Positions 46,668-58,616 of a DNA stretch of 64,000 bases are shown here, piece by piece (position 1 is the stretch's first letter; every line of letters begins with the position of its first letter). Below the pieces are notes generated by a model. The model was given only the letters and a program-made list of their open reading frames with translations, had not been told where the DNA came from and made no database searches. The position numbers were made by a program, and so were the translations under genes. The stretch lies in NCBI GenBank assembly GCA_977018835.1, contig OZ361259.1, positions 1,240,001-1,304,000 on the forward strand. The letters are read 5' to 3'. Source of the DNA: Minutocellus sp. GHC0000111 (lineage: Eukaryota).

Positions 46668-47157
46668 CAACCTTCGTCGTCGGTGGGGGTTGAAGAGCTG
46701 GCCGAAGATTTGGGTCTCATTCTTCTGAAAATGAATATGATAATGATGATACTTCGAACAAAGCTTGGGAGTCAACTGAAAATCGTTCGGTGGGAACCAA
46801 TGCAGATAGCTTTTTTGCCCCGTTGTTCAGAATGAAGCCGATCGAATCGCTGCCACTTGACCCTTGACTGCCCGTCGCTTTGCTGCTGCGTCGCGTCCGG
46901 CCGCTTTGCGTGCCATCTCGCCGCCATCGAGGCAGTCCAGCTCAGCCTCGTTCGACGGTCAGACATGTATGTGTACGTCGTGCGTACGTACGCGTGCAGG
47001 CAGCAGCGCAGAACGCAGAACAGGCAGTAACTGCAGCAGAACACTGCTGATGAGTACCTAGGTAAGGAATTCGAGCGGGCCCAACGCAGAAGCTATCATC
47101 GAAGAACCGGCACACACGACAAAACAACCTACGCACGAATAGAGAAAACTTCAGATC

Positions 47158-48081
47158 ATGGGCAAGAAGAGCAAACGCTCGGCAAAGACTGGGAGCGAGC
47201 CCGATAATAAAGGCGCAGGAAAGACGCGTCGGGAAAAGATCGCGGCACTCACAGACATCGACTCGAAGATAACTGCCCTCGTCGAGAACCTCGAGAAGGA
47301 ACACGAAGAGAAAGATGTATTTGCACCGATAAGCAAAAGAGAAGATTGCCCCATATGCCTTGTTCCCATGCCAGCGGTAGACTACTCACTGAAGTACGCG
47401 ACAAGAGCATATTTTCCTTGTTGCAGTATGCAAATTTGTAAAGGATGCATTTTTGCCCAAACGCAAGCCCGCGTCAATTTGGCATGCCCCTTTTGCCGCG
47501 CCCCAATAAAACATTCAAAAAACGATGGGCTGAAAATGGTCCGGCAGAGGGCCGAGGCAAATGATCCAGAAGCGCTCCATGATCTTGCCAAACGTTATGC
47601 CGAGGGAGACGACAAATGTGATGTGCAACAAGATTGCATTGCAGCTATGCAACTCTATCTCCAAGCTGCAGAACTTGGCAACATTGCTTCCATAATTGAC
47701 ATAGCATACAAATGTAGGACGGGATACGCCGGAAAGTTGGGAAATGCTGCATTGGCAATACGCCTTGCAACTGCAATAGCGAAGACGGGCTGCATGAGAG
47801 GCCACGCATTACTCGGTTACTTGCATTTCCTCGACTGGAACATCGAAGCAGAGATCCCTTATGATTATGATAAAAAATTGAAAGCCATCAAGCATTGGGC
47901 GTACGCGGCAAAGGCTGGAGACCCATCATCGATGAAAAGCCTCGAACAATTATTCGACGATTTGGAGATTTATTTGGAAGGCTGCACGCTAGATGAAGTA
48001 AAACGCGATTTTGACGAAGCAAGGAAGCTGGAGTGGACCGAAGAACGCGAACGCGCCTACGAAATCGACAGGATGGGATAA
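47158..48081 (+). CDS. RING-like zinc finger + Sel1-repeat protein
   Basis: 'EDCPICLVPMP..PCC..ICKGC..CPFCR'; Sel1-like 'LQAAELG', 'HWAYAAKAG'. Confidence 0.85.
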   Translation: MGKKSKRSAKTGSEPDNKGAGKTRREKIAALTDIDSKITALVENLEKEHEEKDVFAPISKREDCPICLVPMPAVDYSLKYATRAYFPCCSMQICKGCIFAQTQARVNLACPFCRAPIKHSKNDGLKMVRQRAEANDPEALHDLAKRYAEGDDKCDVQQDCIAAMQLYLQAAELGNIASIIDIAYKCRTGYAGKLGNAALAIRLATAIAKTGCMRGHALLGYLHFLDWNIEAEIPYDYDKKLKAIKHWAYAAKAGDPSSMKSLEQLFDDLEIYLEGCTLDEVKRDFDEARKLEWTEERERAYEIDRMG

Positions 48082-48141
48082 TGGCGGTCTAATTGTACAT
48101 ATCTATTTCTATTCTCTCTTTGGGCACTGTTGCGTTATCGC

Positions 48142-48567
48142 TCAAACAAACAAGTCACCATCGTTCTTTCGAACTCTCGGCGCCAACATGAACGCGTGTC
48201 CCTCTCGATCAAATATGTTCATAATACATAGCTCGTCGTGCGTACCCAGTTCCGATACCACGATGTCAATCTCCTCCATGTCAAACGAGCCATCGGGATG
48301 GGCGGCGGCCATCGCCACCTCCAACGGGACGGTCGGCGGGGTCGTCATCTTGTTATTCTGCGCAGACAGTGAGGCGTTGTGGTGGGTGGTATGCATATTC
48401 TTGTGCTTGTTGCTAGTATTGTCATGGATGATGCCGATAGAAGCCGTACCTGGAATCGGCGTGAAGTACAGATAGCATGCGGCCTCGTCATTATGATTGC
48501 TCGTTTTGATCGGACTGGTGGCGGCGACTTTCGATTCGGCAAGGTCGATAAAGGTTGCGGTGGTCAT
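48142..48567 (-). CDS. Small hypothetical protein
   Basis: ORF only; start uncertain. Confidence 0.35.
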   Translation of the reverse strand: MTTATFIDLAESKVAATSPIKTSNHNDEAACYLYFTPIPGTASIGIIHDNTSNKHKNMHTTHHNASLSAQNNKMTTPPTVPLEVAMAAAHPDGSFDMEEIDIVVSELGTHDELCIMNIFDREGHAFMLAPRVRKNDGDLFV

Positions 48568-49058
48568 TCGATGGTATTGTACTAGCTAGCAGTGCGATGT
48601 GATTGACTTTTGCTACTTTTGGGTCGGGTTCTACTTGCTCTCTTGGCTCCTCGATAATCGTAATGGGGTGGCTTGGGCACAACAAATGACAAGGCTCAAG
48701 TGGGAGATATTGCAGAGCAAGTGCGGTCTATTTGAGCCCACCGCATGGTGGCACCGCACATCCGCATCCCAAATGCCAATGGTCGATGCGGCTTGCTCCT
48801 CCTTCTTCTTCGGACACAGTCAATCAGCCAGGTCGAATGCTTTCGATTTGAATTTTCACAACCCCGAATTTAGGTCTCCGAACGCATTGTGAAGGTTCTC
48901 TAATCCGAATGATGTGCTTGTTTTTTTGTTTATTCGCACTTATTTCGCAGGAGGCCATGATCATTGCTCGTTCTGGGGAGGCAATAACGGCATAGGCAAC
49001 CACGCCACAAACGCAAGAGATACGGTGATACTTGTTCAATTAGTTTGCTTTTGAAAGC

Positions 49059-50666
49059 ATGAGCGGCGGCATCGTCAATCTGGCAGGACGCAAGGCGGGC
49101 TCCGGAGCGGCTGCGCCGTCGGGTTCGGGATCCGCTGCTGCATCTCCCCCCAAACCCTCCACCTCTTCTTCAGCCGCTGCCCAATCGTCCGCCGCGGCCC
49201 GGGGAACCTCGGACAAGTCGGTGCACGACGCCAAATGCTTCGGTCTGGTCGGTTGGTTCCGCCGCCTGGCGTTGCTTGATAAAGCGCTGGTCGTTGCCGT
49301 CGTGTTCTTTTTGGGCCTCGAGGCGCACGGCCAATACCAAAAGTATCAGGAAGCGCACGCCGAGGAGGGCGGCGAGAGCAGCAGCAGCAGTTCCTTCCAA
49401 TTGGCCCCCGGATCGTGGCAGGCGCGGACGTTGATCGGCTTCCTCTTTATCGTCATATTCGGCGGCATCGCCTACTGCTGCCGCGGCTGCCTCCAAAAGC
49501 GCAAGGCCCGGAGCGCCACGTCGCACCTCCGCGTCCGGGGCGAAACGTCCGCCGCCGACACGGCCATCGGATGCTGCGGCGAGGTCCTCCACTTTTGGAA
49601 GAGTTTGGCCCTCCTCGACAAGTTTCTGGTGGCCGTCCTCCTAATCTTCGGCGGGGCCGACCTCACCATGCAAGCCAAGGAGGCGGGCGTGCACCACAAA
49701 ATCCAAAAGCTGCCGTCCAACACCATGATCATGCTGCGCGGCACGCCGGCCCCGACGTCGGCGCCGACGCCCGTCCCCCCACCTCCGCCGGAAGATCCCG
49801 CCGTCGTGGTATCCGACATCGAATCCAAGGTCAGCACAGCCAAATTCGCCAAACCCCCGGCCTGTACCGAGGACGATTTCAGCAAGATCCAGGCCAGCGG
49901 CATGGTCGGCGATGCCTGCCGCGGACAGCCGTATACTCAAGCCTGCGCCACCAGCCAGCTCACAAAAGCTCACAAGGCCACCTGGATCGATGCCGAGTTC
50001 GCCAAGGAGATGGTCGCAAGTCACACCGCCCTCAACGACCAGGTCAACACCACCAGCTCCTTCTTCGGGGTCATCCTCGGCGAGCAGTTCGGCGACGACT
50101 GCGGCAAGGTCGAGGGCACCCTCGCTCCCATCTTATCCGACGAATCGACCAAGGCGGAACTCCTCAAGAGTCCCAAGCTGCTGTGCAACGGCGGGGGATT
50201 CATGTCGGACGACATGAAGACCAGGTGGGGCGTCCAGCCCTCCCAGGACGGACAGACCGGCGTGGCCATCACCCAATCCAACGCGCTGAGCGGCAAGACG
50301 CTCGATATCTTCCTGAGGGATGCCAAGCTGTCCCATGAGATCAAGGAATATGTTCACGTGGGCATGTCCACCCCGGCATTGACCGATGGGACGGTCACGT
50401 TCGCCCGCTCGCGGTACGTAACGTTCCAGCACGATTGGCAGGGATACTAGGAGTCCACGACGCTGACCGACGTGGTGTCCAAGATGGACAGCGCGGGGTT
50501 GACGTGCTACTGGCCCGGCGACGACAAGCTATGGAGGATCACGGACTGCTGGCAGGACTTTTACGGCTACAAGACCTATGGGTTTGTGGTGTGCGTCAAC
50601 CGCAACCTGGCGCCAAAGCTTCACGAGCGGATGGAGGCCAAGTTCAAGGCGACGATTGGGGCGTAG
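49059..50666 (+). pseudogene. Membrane protein with a possible FkbM-like C-terminus; in-frame TAG at 50448-50450
   Basis: Same frame continues after TAG (ESTTLTDVVSKMDSAGLTCYWPG..WRITDCW); strong GC3 bias. Confidence 0.65.
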
Positions 50667-50859
50667 TATAGGAGGAGAAGGACGAGGTCATATTATATAT
50701 TTTCGATATTGCAAAGGAATTTCTTAAATTTTTATTCAATACTCGTACTTGTAAATCAAAGCACGAAACAAGGTCGATCTATTGTATTGCCATGCCATTT
50801 GCAAACATGGTACTTATTTAATTTGTTCTGTTGATTGTGCTCGCACCTACGGTACGTGG

Positions 50860-52155
50860 CTAGTACATATACCACCAAGTCTTCCCATCAGACGTTTGCT
50901 TCCCAACGTCGCTGGAATTGAGAAGGGCCTTGAATACCCGAGCAGCGCGCTCCTCGGTGACATTGGCAACCGCCTGACGTCGCCAGGACTGCGTATCCAT
51001 CACTCGGACGTACCTGCCATTCCCGGCAGCACGGACCATCCTGGAAAAGATCTCCCGCAGTCGATCCGGCGCTCCAAAGTCAATGACCGATGCGTCCGGT
51101 GCTGCGTAGAGCACATGCGCTAGGCCAGCCCCGTGCCGGCCCATGATAATGTCGGCATCGCCGACCTGATTCAGCACGTCCGCGATTGTGTCGGTTTCCC
51201 AGTTGCAGCATTCCTCGCATATCAACCCAGCGTCATTGCAAGCCTTCATCAAGGGGGCCAAATCCACAATGTATCGGGGCGGGGATCGCTTGATGTGGAC
51301 GGCCTTGACGAACGTCCCCGGTTCCTTGCGCCGACGGCCAACACGTAGATCCAATCCCTTTTGAACCTTGTCGTACATGTTCCGTGCCAGTTCCTCAAAG
51401 TAGCTCCCCGCACTATTTTGGTAAAACACTTTTCTCCCCCGTCCCCACACCAAGGCCCGGAAGCACGTGCTGTCAACCCAATCAAATATCTCGGAGGCAT
51501 CGGTTACATTGTCAAATAGGTAATCCCGTACTCTTGCCAACATGGCCTCGTTCCTGAGTAGCTCCGGATCTCCTCTGAGCTGATACAACCTCGTGGGGAA
51601 GGAACATTGCAACGTTTTGTCGTCGCACCACGGAGCATGACGGATGTTGTTGACCAACGGCAATAGGTTGTCATTGTGCAGATGAAAGTTGTTGTTGGTC
51701 AACCACGGGCTGTAGAAGAAGGCAATTTCGTCACGATAGCCACGGGGACAATCTCGTTCGGGTATCATAATGTCCTCATGAATCACACTCTTGGGTGCCG
51801 GTAGGTCGTCCAGCACTTGATGGCCCCTGTCAACGTATCGCTGATAGTGCTGCAGGGCAAAGGATTCGGACGTGTTGAGAATTTGCAATGCCCGGCGCAT
51901 GTCGTCGGAGGGTGCATAGATGTGAATCTCCTTAGAGGAAAGGGCCACGTTCTCGAGCTGGATGAATCCGTCGACGGTCGTGGCCATGCCATGGAGCTTG
52001 GACTTTTGGATTCCACCTCCGTCGTTGGTGACGATAAAGTTCTTGAGAATTTGGATGCTGCTGCTGCCGCTGCTGCGGTGAACGACAGCTGCGATCAGGA
52101 CAAATCCGACGGTGCGAACGAGGCTGCACGTACGGCCCGGCCGCGCCCCCATCAC
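50860..52155 (-). CDS. Glycosyltransferase family 61-like protein
   Basis: 'NNFHLHND', 'ADIIMGRHGAGLAHVLY'; N-terminal anchor. Confidence 0.7.
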   Translation of the reverse strand: MMGARPGRTCSLVRTVGFVLIAAVVHRSSGSSSIQILKNFIVTNDGGGIQKSKLHGMATTVDGFIQLENVALSSKEIHIYAPSDDMRRALQILNTSESFALQHYQRYVDRGHQVLDDLPAPKSVIHEDIMIPERDCPRGYRDEIAFFYSPWLTNNNFHLHNDNLLPLVNNIRHAPWCDDKTLQCSFPTRLYQLRGDPELLRNEAMLARVRDYLFDNVTDASEIFDWVDSTCFRALVWGRGRKVFYQNSAGSYFEELARNMYDKVQKGLDLRVGRRRKEPGTFVKAVHIKRSPPRYIVDLAPLMKACNDAGLICEECCNWETDTIADVLNQVGDADIIMGRHGAGLAHVLYAAPDASVIDFGAPDRLREIFSRMVRAAGNGRYVRVMDTQSWRRQAVANVTEERAARVFKALLNSSDVGKQTSDGKTWWYMY

Positions 52156-52407
52156 ATCGCAGCGCTATTGTTGAACGCTTGCCCCGCCTTCTGCTTTCCC
52201 ATGTTTGCCGGTCGGAACTGGTATCTTCTGAAGGAGCGACGGCCAGACGCATTTTCACACAAAATCTCGTGAAAAATGACACAAGATGTGCTGGTTTTGT
52301 TGCACGGGAAGATACGCACCAATTTGATACAAGGGTGGGCACCTGAACTCCCAATCACACTTGGACCACCCACCTTGCACCTTTATCTGAGAGAGTTGGG
52401 TGGAAAC

Positions 52408-54657
52408 ATGGCCGGGGGAAACGGCCAGAGAGGCACCAAGCGGACCCGCCGCCACGCCGACCAGCCTCATCAGCCTCCGATGCCGCCTCATCAAATGCCA
52501 ATGGCAGCAATGCCGCCGCCGATGCAGCATCCTTATCCTCCCCCGCCACCGCCCGGTGCGGCAATGCCTGGAGTTATGCCCCCACCTCCTCCACCTGGAA
52601 TGATGGCGGCGGCCTGGGGCTATCCTGGCATGCCTCCGCCCCCGGGAACGCTGCCCTTGCCTCCTGGATATCCGACCGCCGTGGCGCCGACCCCAGCCAG
52701 ACCAGCCCCTGCTCCGACAGCAGCAGCTAATACTCCTCGACAGGTCTCACCAGCCATGGCCGACAGGCCACCAAGAGGCGGTGCAACCGAGTCCAGAGCG
52801 TCCACAAATGCAACCTCAGCAACGACCACAACCGTACCCACCCATCTCCGCGCAGCCTACCGGACCCAAACGCACGCCTGTCCCCATTGCGGCATCGCCT
52901 CCCCCTCCTCCACCTTTACGACCCACCCCGGCCCGCAGCACCTCCCGAGCTGTCCCCGTCATCGACATCCCGCCACGCCGGCACCCTCCGGCCACATCCC
53001 CACCACCGCCACGGCCTACACCAAGCTGCAATCGGCCTTGACTCGTGAGTTGCGGGACATCAAACAGCGCATCGAGGACGACATCGAACAGCAGCGGGTG
53101 GAATTCATGGAGCGGTTGGAACGGAGAAAACGGCGGCAGCTGGGGATGGCGCTGGAGGCCAACCGGGTGGCGCATGAGGCGTTGGGACGGGTTCCGTTGG
53201 TGGCCGCCATGAATCATGGGGGGAGGATGGGGCAGGTTCCGGTACCGCCACCGCCGCATCAGCCGGTACAACAGATGCATCCGATACCGCCGCCTCCGCA
53301 GATGCAGGCTCCTGTAGGCCATCCCGCTGCTGCGGCTGTGCCTGCGGCTGCACCTGCGGCTCAAGCTGAAGTGCAGGCCCCAGCGGAAGACGAATCGCCG
53401 CTGGCCCCGTCTCTCCCACCTCCCCACGATGATCACGACGATGACGAGGAGGAGGAGAATCTGCTCGAACCCCTCCCGGCGGCCGAACTGACGGCTCATA
53501 TGCCGGAGCCCATCCATGCAGCTGCTGCTGATGTTGGACCTACCAACTTGGAAGATGCTGCGGCAGTCGAGGCGGTGGACGAGCTGATCGCCGAGGCTGG
53601 GTTGGACGGAGACGAGGAGATGGCGGGGCTGAATGGCGCCACGGGAACGACGGGACAGGGGTTGCTGCTGGAGGAGGGTGCCGAGCCGCTGTGCGTGCAG
53701 CATCTGGTGCGATCCAAGAAGAGGAGGGGCAGTGCTAACGGTAACAGTGCAGGTATTGGTGAAAGTAGCAGGACGAGCACTGGTACAGCGACCGCAGCCA
53801 GTGAAACAGAGGCCGTTGTGGCGACGCCGACGGAGATTCAAGCTCCAACTCGACCTTCCCAACCTCCACCGGCTACCACGACCACTACTGCAACAACACT
53901 GCCAGCCAACCCCACCCCAATCGGACCCAAGTGCACGCAATGCAAATCCTCCCTCATCGGTGGACCACCTGCCGCCATGTGCACCAGCGACAAATGCCGG
54001 ACGATGCTGTGCGGTACCTGCCTCGACGAGCACAAGGCCACGGCACCCGACAACAGCTGGTGCTCCGACTGCGGTCGGGTCGTCAACATCGTCTGCCGTA
54101 CTTGCCTTCGGGGCAAGAATGGAGCAGCTTCTACCAGTAATACATCTACTGCCGGGAAGAACAAGCTGGGGAGCAACGAGTTTCTTCGATGCCGATCTGC
54201 CAACTGCGAGCAGTACTGCTGTCCCCGCCACATACGGATGATGGACTGCACGGTGTGTGGACGGCAGCCTTTCTGTTATGGGCATACGCGAAAATGCTCA
54301 ACGGAGGGTTGCGAAGACTGCGGACGGGAGCTTTGTGGCCAAATGCTCTGTGCCTTAAAGGAGGGGTGTATATGTGGCAAGCGTCGTCATGATCCCAATG
54401 TGGACTGGGCCATTACTATCATGGGGGAAGCCAGGGCGCAGCAAAAGGCGAGGGCCGCACTCGAGGCGGCCGAGGAGGAGGATCCAGTGGAGAATGTCCC
54501 GGCTCAAATGAAAAAGCGCCGGGGTCGGGGAAAGAAGAGCAACGAGGCTGTCCCTGCAGCTGGTCACACAGATGTTCTACAAGCGAACATTCATAGGATT
54601 CACGATATACTGACGGGTGGCGACAACAGCAATAGCAATGAGATGGCTTCCATCTAA
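52408..54657 (+). CDS. Pro-rich protein with coiled coil and many CxxC zinc-finger-like motifs
   Basis: ~750-aa ORF with many Cys pairs and basic NLS-like stretches. Confidence 0.75.
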   Translation: MAGGNGQRGTKRTRRHADQPHQPPMPPHQMPMAAMPPPMQHPYPPPPPPGAAMPGVMPPPPPPGMMAAAWGYPGMPPPPGTLPLPPGYPTAVAPTPARPAPAPTAAANTPRQVSPAMADRPPRGGATESRASTNATSATTTTVPTHLRAAYRTQTHACPHCGIASPSSTFTTHPGPQHLPSCPRHRHPATPAPSGHIPTTATAYTKLQSALTRELRDIKQRIEDDIEQQRVEFMERLERRKRRQLGMALEANRVAHEALGRVPLVAAMNHGGRMGQVPVPPPPHQPVQQMHPIPPPPQMQAPVGHPAAAAVPAAAPAAQAEVQAPAEDESPLAPSLPPPHDDHDDDEEEENLLEPLPAAELTAHMPEPIHAAAADVGPTNLEDAAAVEAVDELIAEAGLDGDEEMAGLNGATGTTGQGLLLEEGAEPLCVQHLVRSKKRRGSANGNSAGIGESSRTSTGTATAASETEAVVATPTEIQAPTRPSQPPPATTTTTATTLPANPTPIGPKCTQCKSSLIGGPPAAMCTSDKCRTMLCGTCLDEHKATAPDNSWCSDCGRVVNIVCRTCLRGKNGAASTSNTSTAGKNKLGSNEFLRCRSANCEQYCCPRHIRMMDCTVCGRQPFCYGHTRKCSTEGCEDCGRELCGQMLCALKEGCICGKRRHDPNVDWAITIMGEARAQQKARAALEAAEEEDPVENVPAQMKKRRGRGKKSNEAVPAAGHTDVLQANIHRIHDILTGGDNSNSNEMASI

Positions 54658-54738
54658 AGCAAATTATTGTTATTAGATATATGCTGCGTCTTTTCTTTCT
54701 CGATCTAAACTAAGGGCACAGCTGCATTTCTCATTGAA

Positions 54739-56420
54739 TTACGCGGCATCAAAAATACTGTTTTCCCGCATGTCGTCAATCTTTACAATCATTGTGGCGC
54801 CAGGAACCGGTTCACCAAATGCTACAATATCTTGCGTCCCATCCGGCATGGTCACATTGACCGCTTTGTCACCAATTGTATTGATAATGCACGGTTTCTC
54901 TCCATCTCTATGGGGATAAAGAACAGTCAGAAAATGATTGTCAAGAGCCTGAGTAGCAGTATTTACCCAAATGTGGTGAGCATACCGGCTACTATCTCTG
55001 ACCGCTTCATTCCTTTTCCTGAATTTTCTTCTCCGTCTTGCACGACGATAATCTTCTCTGGTGAATGGGTTTCGGCGACCCATGTCACCTTGTCTGTTCT
55101 CGATTTCAAGGTTCGACGCATGACTTACATGTTGCACTTGCATTCTTACGCCATTTACTTTGAGATCAAACCCACGACCAGGCAAAATGTTGAATTCTTC
55201 AGCATTTGGATGTAGATGATAAAGCCATTGAAATTTGGCAGGTTCCTTCGCTGATAGATCGTCGTAAATGATAAAGTAAGCGCCGCGCATAAACAGCACA
55301 TGCCGAACGAAACGTTGCAAGCCGGTGCTACTTGCGTACGCATTTGTTGCGTCCCCTGCAAACGAGGCCGGGTAATGATACCATGAGTGCTTCGTATGTA
55401 TGACTTGCGCCGCGAATGCCTAGATTTTTGCCGTTGATTTTTGTACCTTGATTTTGCGTGAATACAAAACTCCAAAGAGTGTGTTCCAACCGCCACATTA
55501 GCGAGTTTTGAAAGACGCCGCGTTCGATTAGCGTCAGATCATGATAAAACCAGTCGTAGTAAAGTGCCAATAGTCCATTGAGATGCGTGGACCATTTGTT
55601 GCGATTTGGGTGTAGAGCCTCAGGTGAGGAATGGCCTCGCCCTTTCTCCCAAGATGCAATCAAAAGCATTCGTTCTTTATGACCATTGAACTTGCCATCT
55701 CCTGTGATCTTATGAGCAAGAGCAGTCAGTAGAACGCCTTTGGTTAGGGCCATATAGTTCTTCGAACGATCGCCATCGTTCTGAGGAAAATTGTCCCAGA
55801 CATTCGATTTCACAAATTGCTCTGCCGTTTCGAGTATATGCTTTCTTCCCTGCTGCCCAAGAGGGTCGGTTTCTGATCTTCGCAGAACAGCATCCCATGT
55901 CGTTTCGTTCCAATATAATCGAGGATGCGTCCTCGACAATCTGTTTCGATCAAGCATTTGTGATCGATCCCACACTTTTGCATGACGCAATAGTAAATTT
56001 ACGCGCCTTCGACCATCGCGACAAACCATCTCGCTTGACTTCCCGAACCCGCCAGTAGAATGGACCATCTCCCTCCAGAGAAGGTACTGCATTGAAGAAA
56101 TTGTAGGCAACGCCTCGAATCGCGAAGACTGGCCTCTGAAAGAATAGTGTCGATGCAATCTGAAAATCCCATTTCGTTTCCGCGGCCAGACTCCCTTCAA
56201 TTCGTATATTAGACATATCGTAGGGCCAGCGAAAACGGGGCGGGTTCAGGTCCACCTCCTGCCCATCAATGGGATGCCAAGTGACATACCGTTCGTGATC
56301 TTGTCGGGGATCGTGCGGCAGGATTGCATCCGATCCTATCACGTGAGGCTGTTCAGCAAGGCCAAGACGAAGGAAATATGTGAAAACCGCAGCCGCCCAA
56401 TAAATGTGACGAAAAATCAT
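54739..56420 (-). pseudogene. Secreted DUF4962/heparinase II-III-like polysaccharide lyase, frameshifted and internally deleted
   Basis: 'NPPRFRWP', 'FYWRV', 'HPRLY'; C-terminal 'AGDATNAY..RFVRHVLF..IIYDDL..FQWLYH'. Confidence 0.65.
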
Positions 56421-56845
56421 AGTAGTAGATGGCTATTCTCTGGTTCTACAATGGATTTCCCGGTTGCGGCGCGGGCTTTTCTCTCGCAGGAAAGAACAAT
56501 TTTCATGCCGTGATATCTTCGCGGCGTGGAGAACAGATCAGTGCGTATTGCAAAATGAACCTAACAAATATGTTCTATCAAGAATTGGTTTGCGCTATGC
56601 TGCGGTCATTGCTGATTGGCTTCCTTGCTACGTTTCTTCTACTGCAGGCAGGACCGGCCCTGGCTAACACGCTCGAACTTGCTGGCGGGGGCGCAGAGCG
56701 GAATGAGAGACGGCCCGACGGCCAGACGACACCATCCCCAGCCAACGCAACCATGTTGACATCTGTGGCCGATTCCAACAACAGAGATGCAGGGCGACAA
56801 TATAAGTGCAATTGACAGCGGCTAGCTAGCTTCTGTACGGGCATC

Positions 56846-57298
56846 TCATACTGCTGGTCCTGCCCCGACTGATAACAAACCATTGCTGAACGCATATGCC
56901 CCAAACGCTGCCGTTATGATCAAGCTCGTCCCTCCAGCGAACGCCAAAGTTGGTTGCAGCACCGCCAAGTCTTCTTCAGCTGTATCCCGAGCGGTTTGTT
57001 CAGCAAGTCTCCTTTCACGTTGTTTCAATATCGCCTCTTCGTCGCCATTCTGAATTGCAATCTGAAGTAACATGTCGTTCAGCGCTCTCTCCTGCTCATT
57101 TTGAGTCGGTAGCTGAACGTTCAACTTCGTCGTTGTTCCTCGTGGCAGTTGTTGCAGCATGTGCTGCTGCTTATGGGTTGGTTCCTGGACACCTGTAAAT
57201 GCTGCCACATCACGTGAAGCGCATGCAATAGCGAATGCACCAAGAGAGATTGCTCGTCGCTGCCGCTTCGCGATACTCGCACGTTGTTCTCTCGTCAT
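56846..57298 (-). CDS. Small putative plastid membrane protein
   Basis: 'VAA-FT' presequence and C-terminal TM helix. Confidence 0.55.
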   Translation of the reverse strand: MTREQRASIAKRQRRAISLGAFAIACASRDVAAFTGVQEPTHKQQHMLQQLPRGTTTKLNVQLPTQNEQERALNDMLLQIAIQNGDEEAILKQRERRLAEQTARDTAEEDLAVLQPTLAFAGGTSLIITAAFGAYAFSNGLLSVGAGPAV

Positions 57299-57497
57299 CG
57301 TCGTTGGCTGTTCGTTAAAGTCAAAAATGACGAGTGTGGTGGAGTGGATGAGGTATCCTCAAGAAATGTTCGTGGTGATGAGTTTCTCGCTTCCACCTGA
57401 TCACCTGATATGATGGCCAGTTGACATCTTTCCGCATGTTCTGCATGACCAATGATGATGCCAATCGGCCACCCAAACATCTCACTCGAATCGCAGC

Positions 57498-58169
57498 ATG
57501 CAGCAATATATCAATCGGATGGCCTGTTCCAACCATAGCATCGCGCTGTGGCTGTCATCGGCAGTCTTGTACTACTCCACCCTCTACATTACAGAACGAT
57601 GGAGGACGAAACGAATGCCACAACCGCCACTGCATGACCGATCATTCGAACACTTGCCACGCATAGATTGGTTGGTTTACATCACCGACGGCATTGGACT
57701 AATCGGTGCTGTAGTTTTGGCATATTGGATTCTGATATGTGACGCCGGCAGTGCCGAGAGTCGGATTGCCAAAGAGGCACTTTGCTACTCGGCCATCGGC
57801 AACTATTTCTCGTCATCTCTGCACAGCGTGACGCTACTTCCAAGTTCGGATCACGCACCTGGAGTGCCAGCTGTATTTGGCGGCCATACAGATAAGCTGA
57901 TGAGCAATCATTGCTATCATTTTGGTTTGTATTGTCGAATATTGGTTCAGATGGAGCTTATGTCTCTTTGGATTGTAGGGCCGCTGATATTGGTTTATTC
58001 TACAATGCTGGCGTGCACTCGAAGTCATTATGTTGTTGATATTGTTTTGGCTTGGTGGGCACTGGCACTTGTCTTTGTGTCTGCTGGGGTGAACTTGCAG
58101 AAAGTGGAACAGTGCCGTGTTGGTAGTTGGGTGGGCTATTCTCGGACGAACCACTCGAGTGATTTGTAA
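57498..58169 (+). CDS. Sphingomyelin/IPC synthase-like (PAP2 C-terminal) membrane protein
   Basis: 'PLHDRSFEHLP', 'VTLLP', 'DKLMSNH', 'RSHYVVD'. Confidence 0.7.
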   Translation: MQQYINRMACSNHSIALWLSSAVLYYSTLYITERWRTKRMPQPPLHDRSFEHLPRIDWLVYITDGIGLIGAVVLAYWILICDAGSAESRIAKEALCYSAIGNYFSSSLHSVTLLPSSDHAPGVPAVFGGHTDKLMSNHCYHFGLYCRILVQMELMSLWIVGPLILVYSTMLACTRSHYVVDIVLAWWALALVFVSAGVNLQKVEQCRVGSWVGYSRTNHSSDL

Positions 58170-58616
58170 TGACATACTGCTCACTACTACGAATGTACTA
58201 CCGGTAGTAGCTACGTAGTACCAATTGGTACTAGTAGTTTAGAGACTAGAAAAGCGAAACGACAGAATTAGCTTTTCTAGCTACGTAGATAGTATCTCTC
58301 AAGGAAGATTTTATTTATAGCTGTATTGAAGGTTCTATTTAATTCATTAGTTTAATGTTATATCTCTCTCGATACATAGCATCTTTGCCCTTGCCGTCCC
58401 CTGCTCTTGATTAATTTGTGCAGAGGTGGGCCCTTAGATGCGGTGGCAGATGTTTTACTCAGTTAATTTCTGCCGCAAAAAAGCAATTATTGCTTCATAT
58501 ATACACTTAATGCGATTTGATTGATATGATATCTTTCATAATCGTGGTTCGGCTTGTCACAAATCCCCATTATTGCGACGCCTCGCCTTGGGCACATTAA
58601 GTCCCTGACGATTTCT

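Noticed and set aside
52816..54285. 489-aa minus-strand ORF (similarly 45342-46442 +, 34854-35852 -, 59502-60320 +)
   Set aside because: Antisense shadows of GC3-biased genes with no motifs of their own
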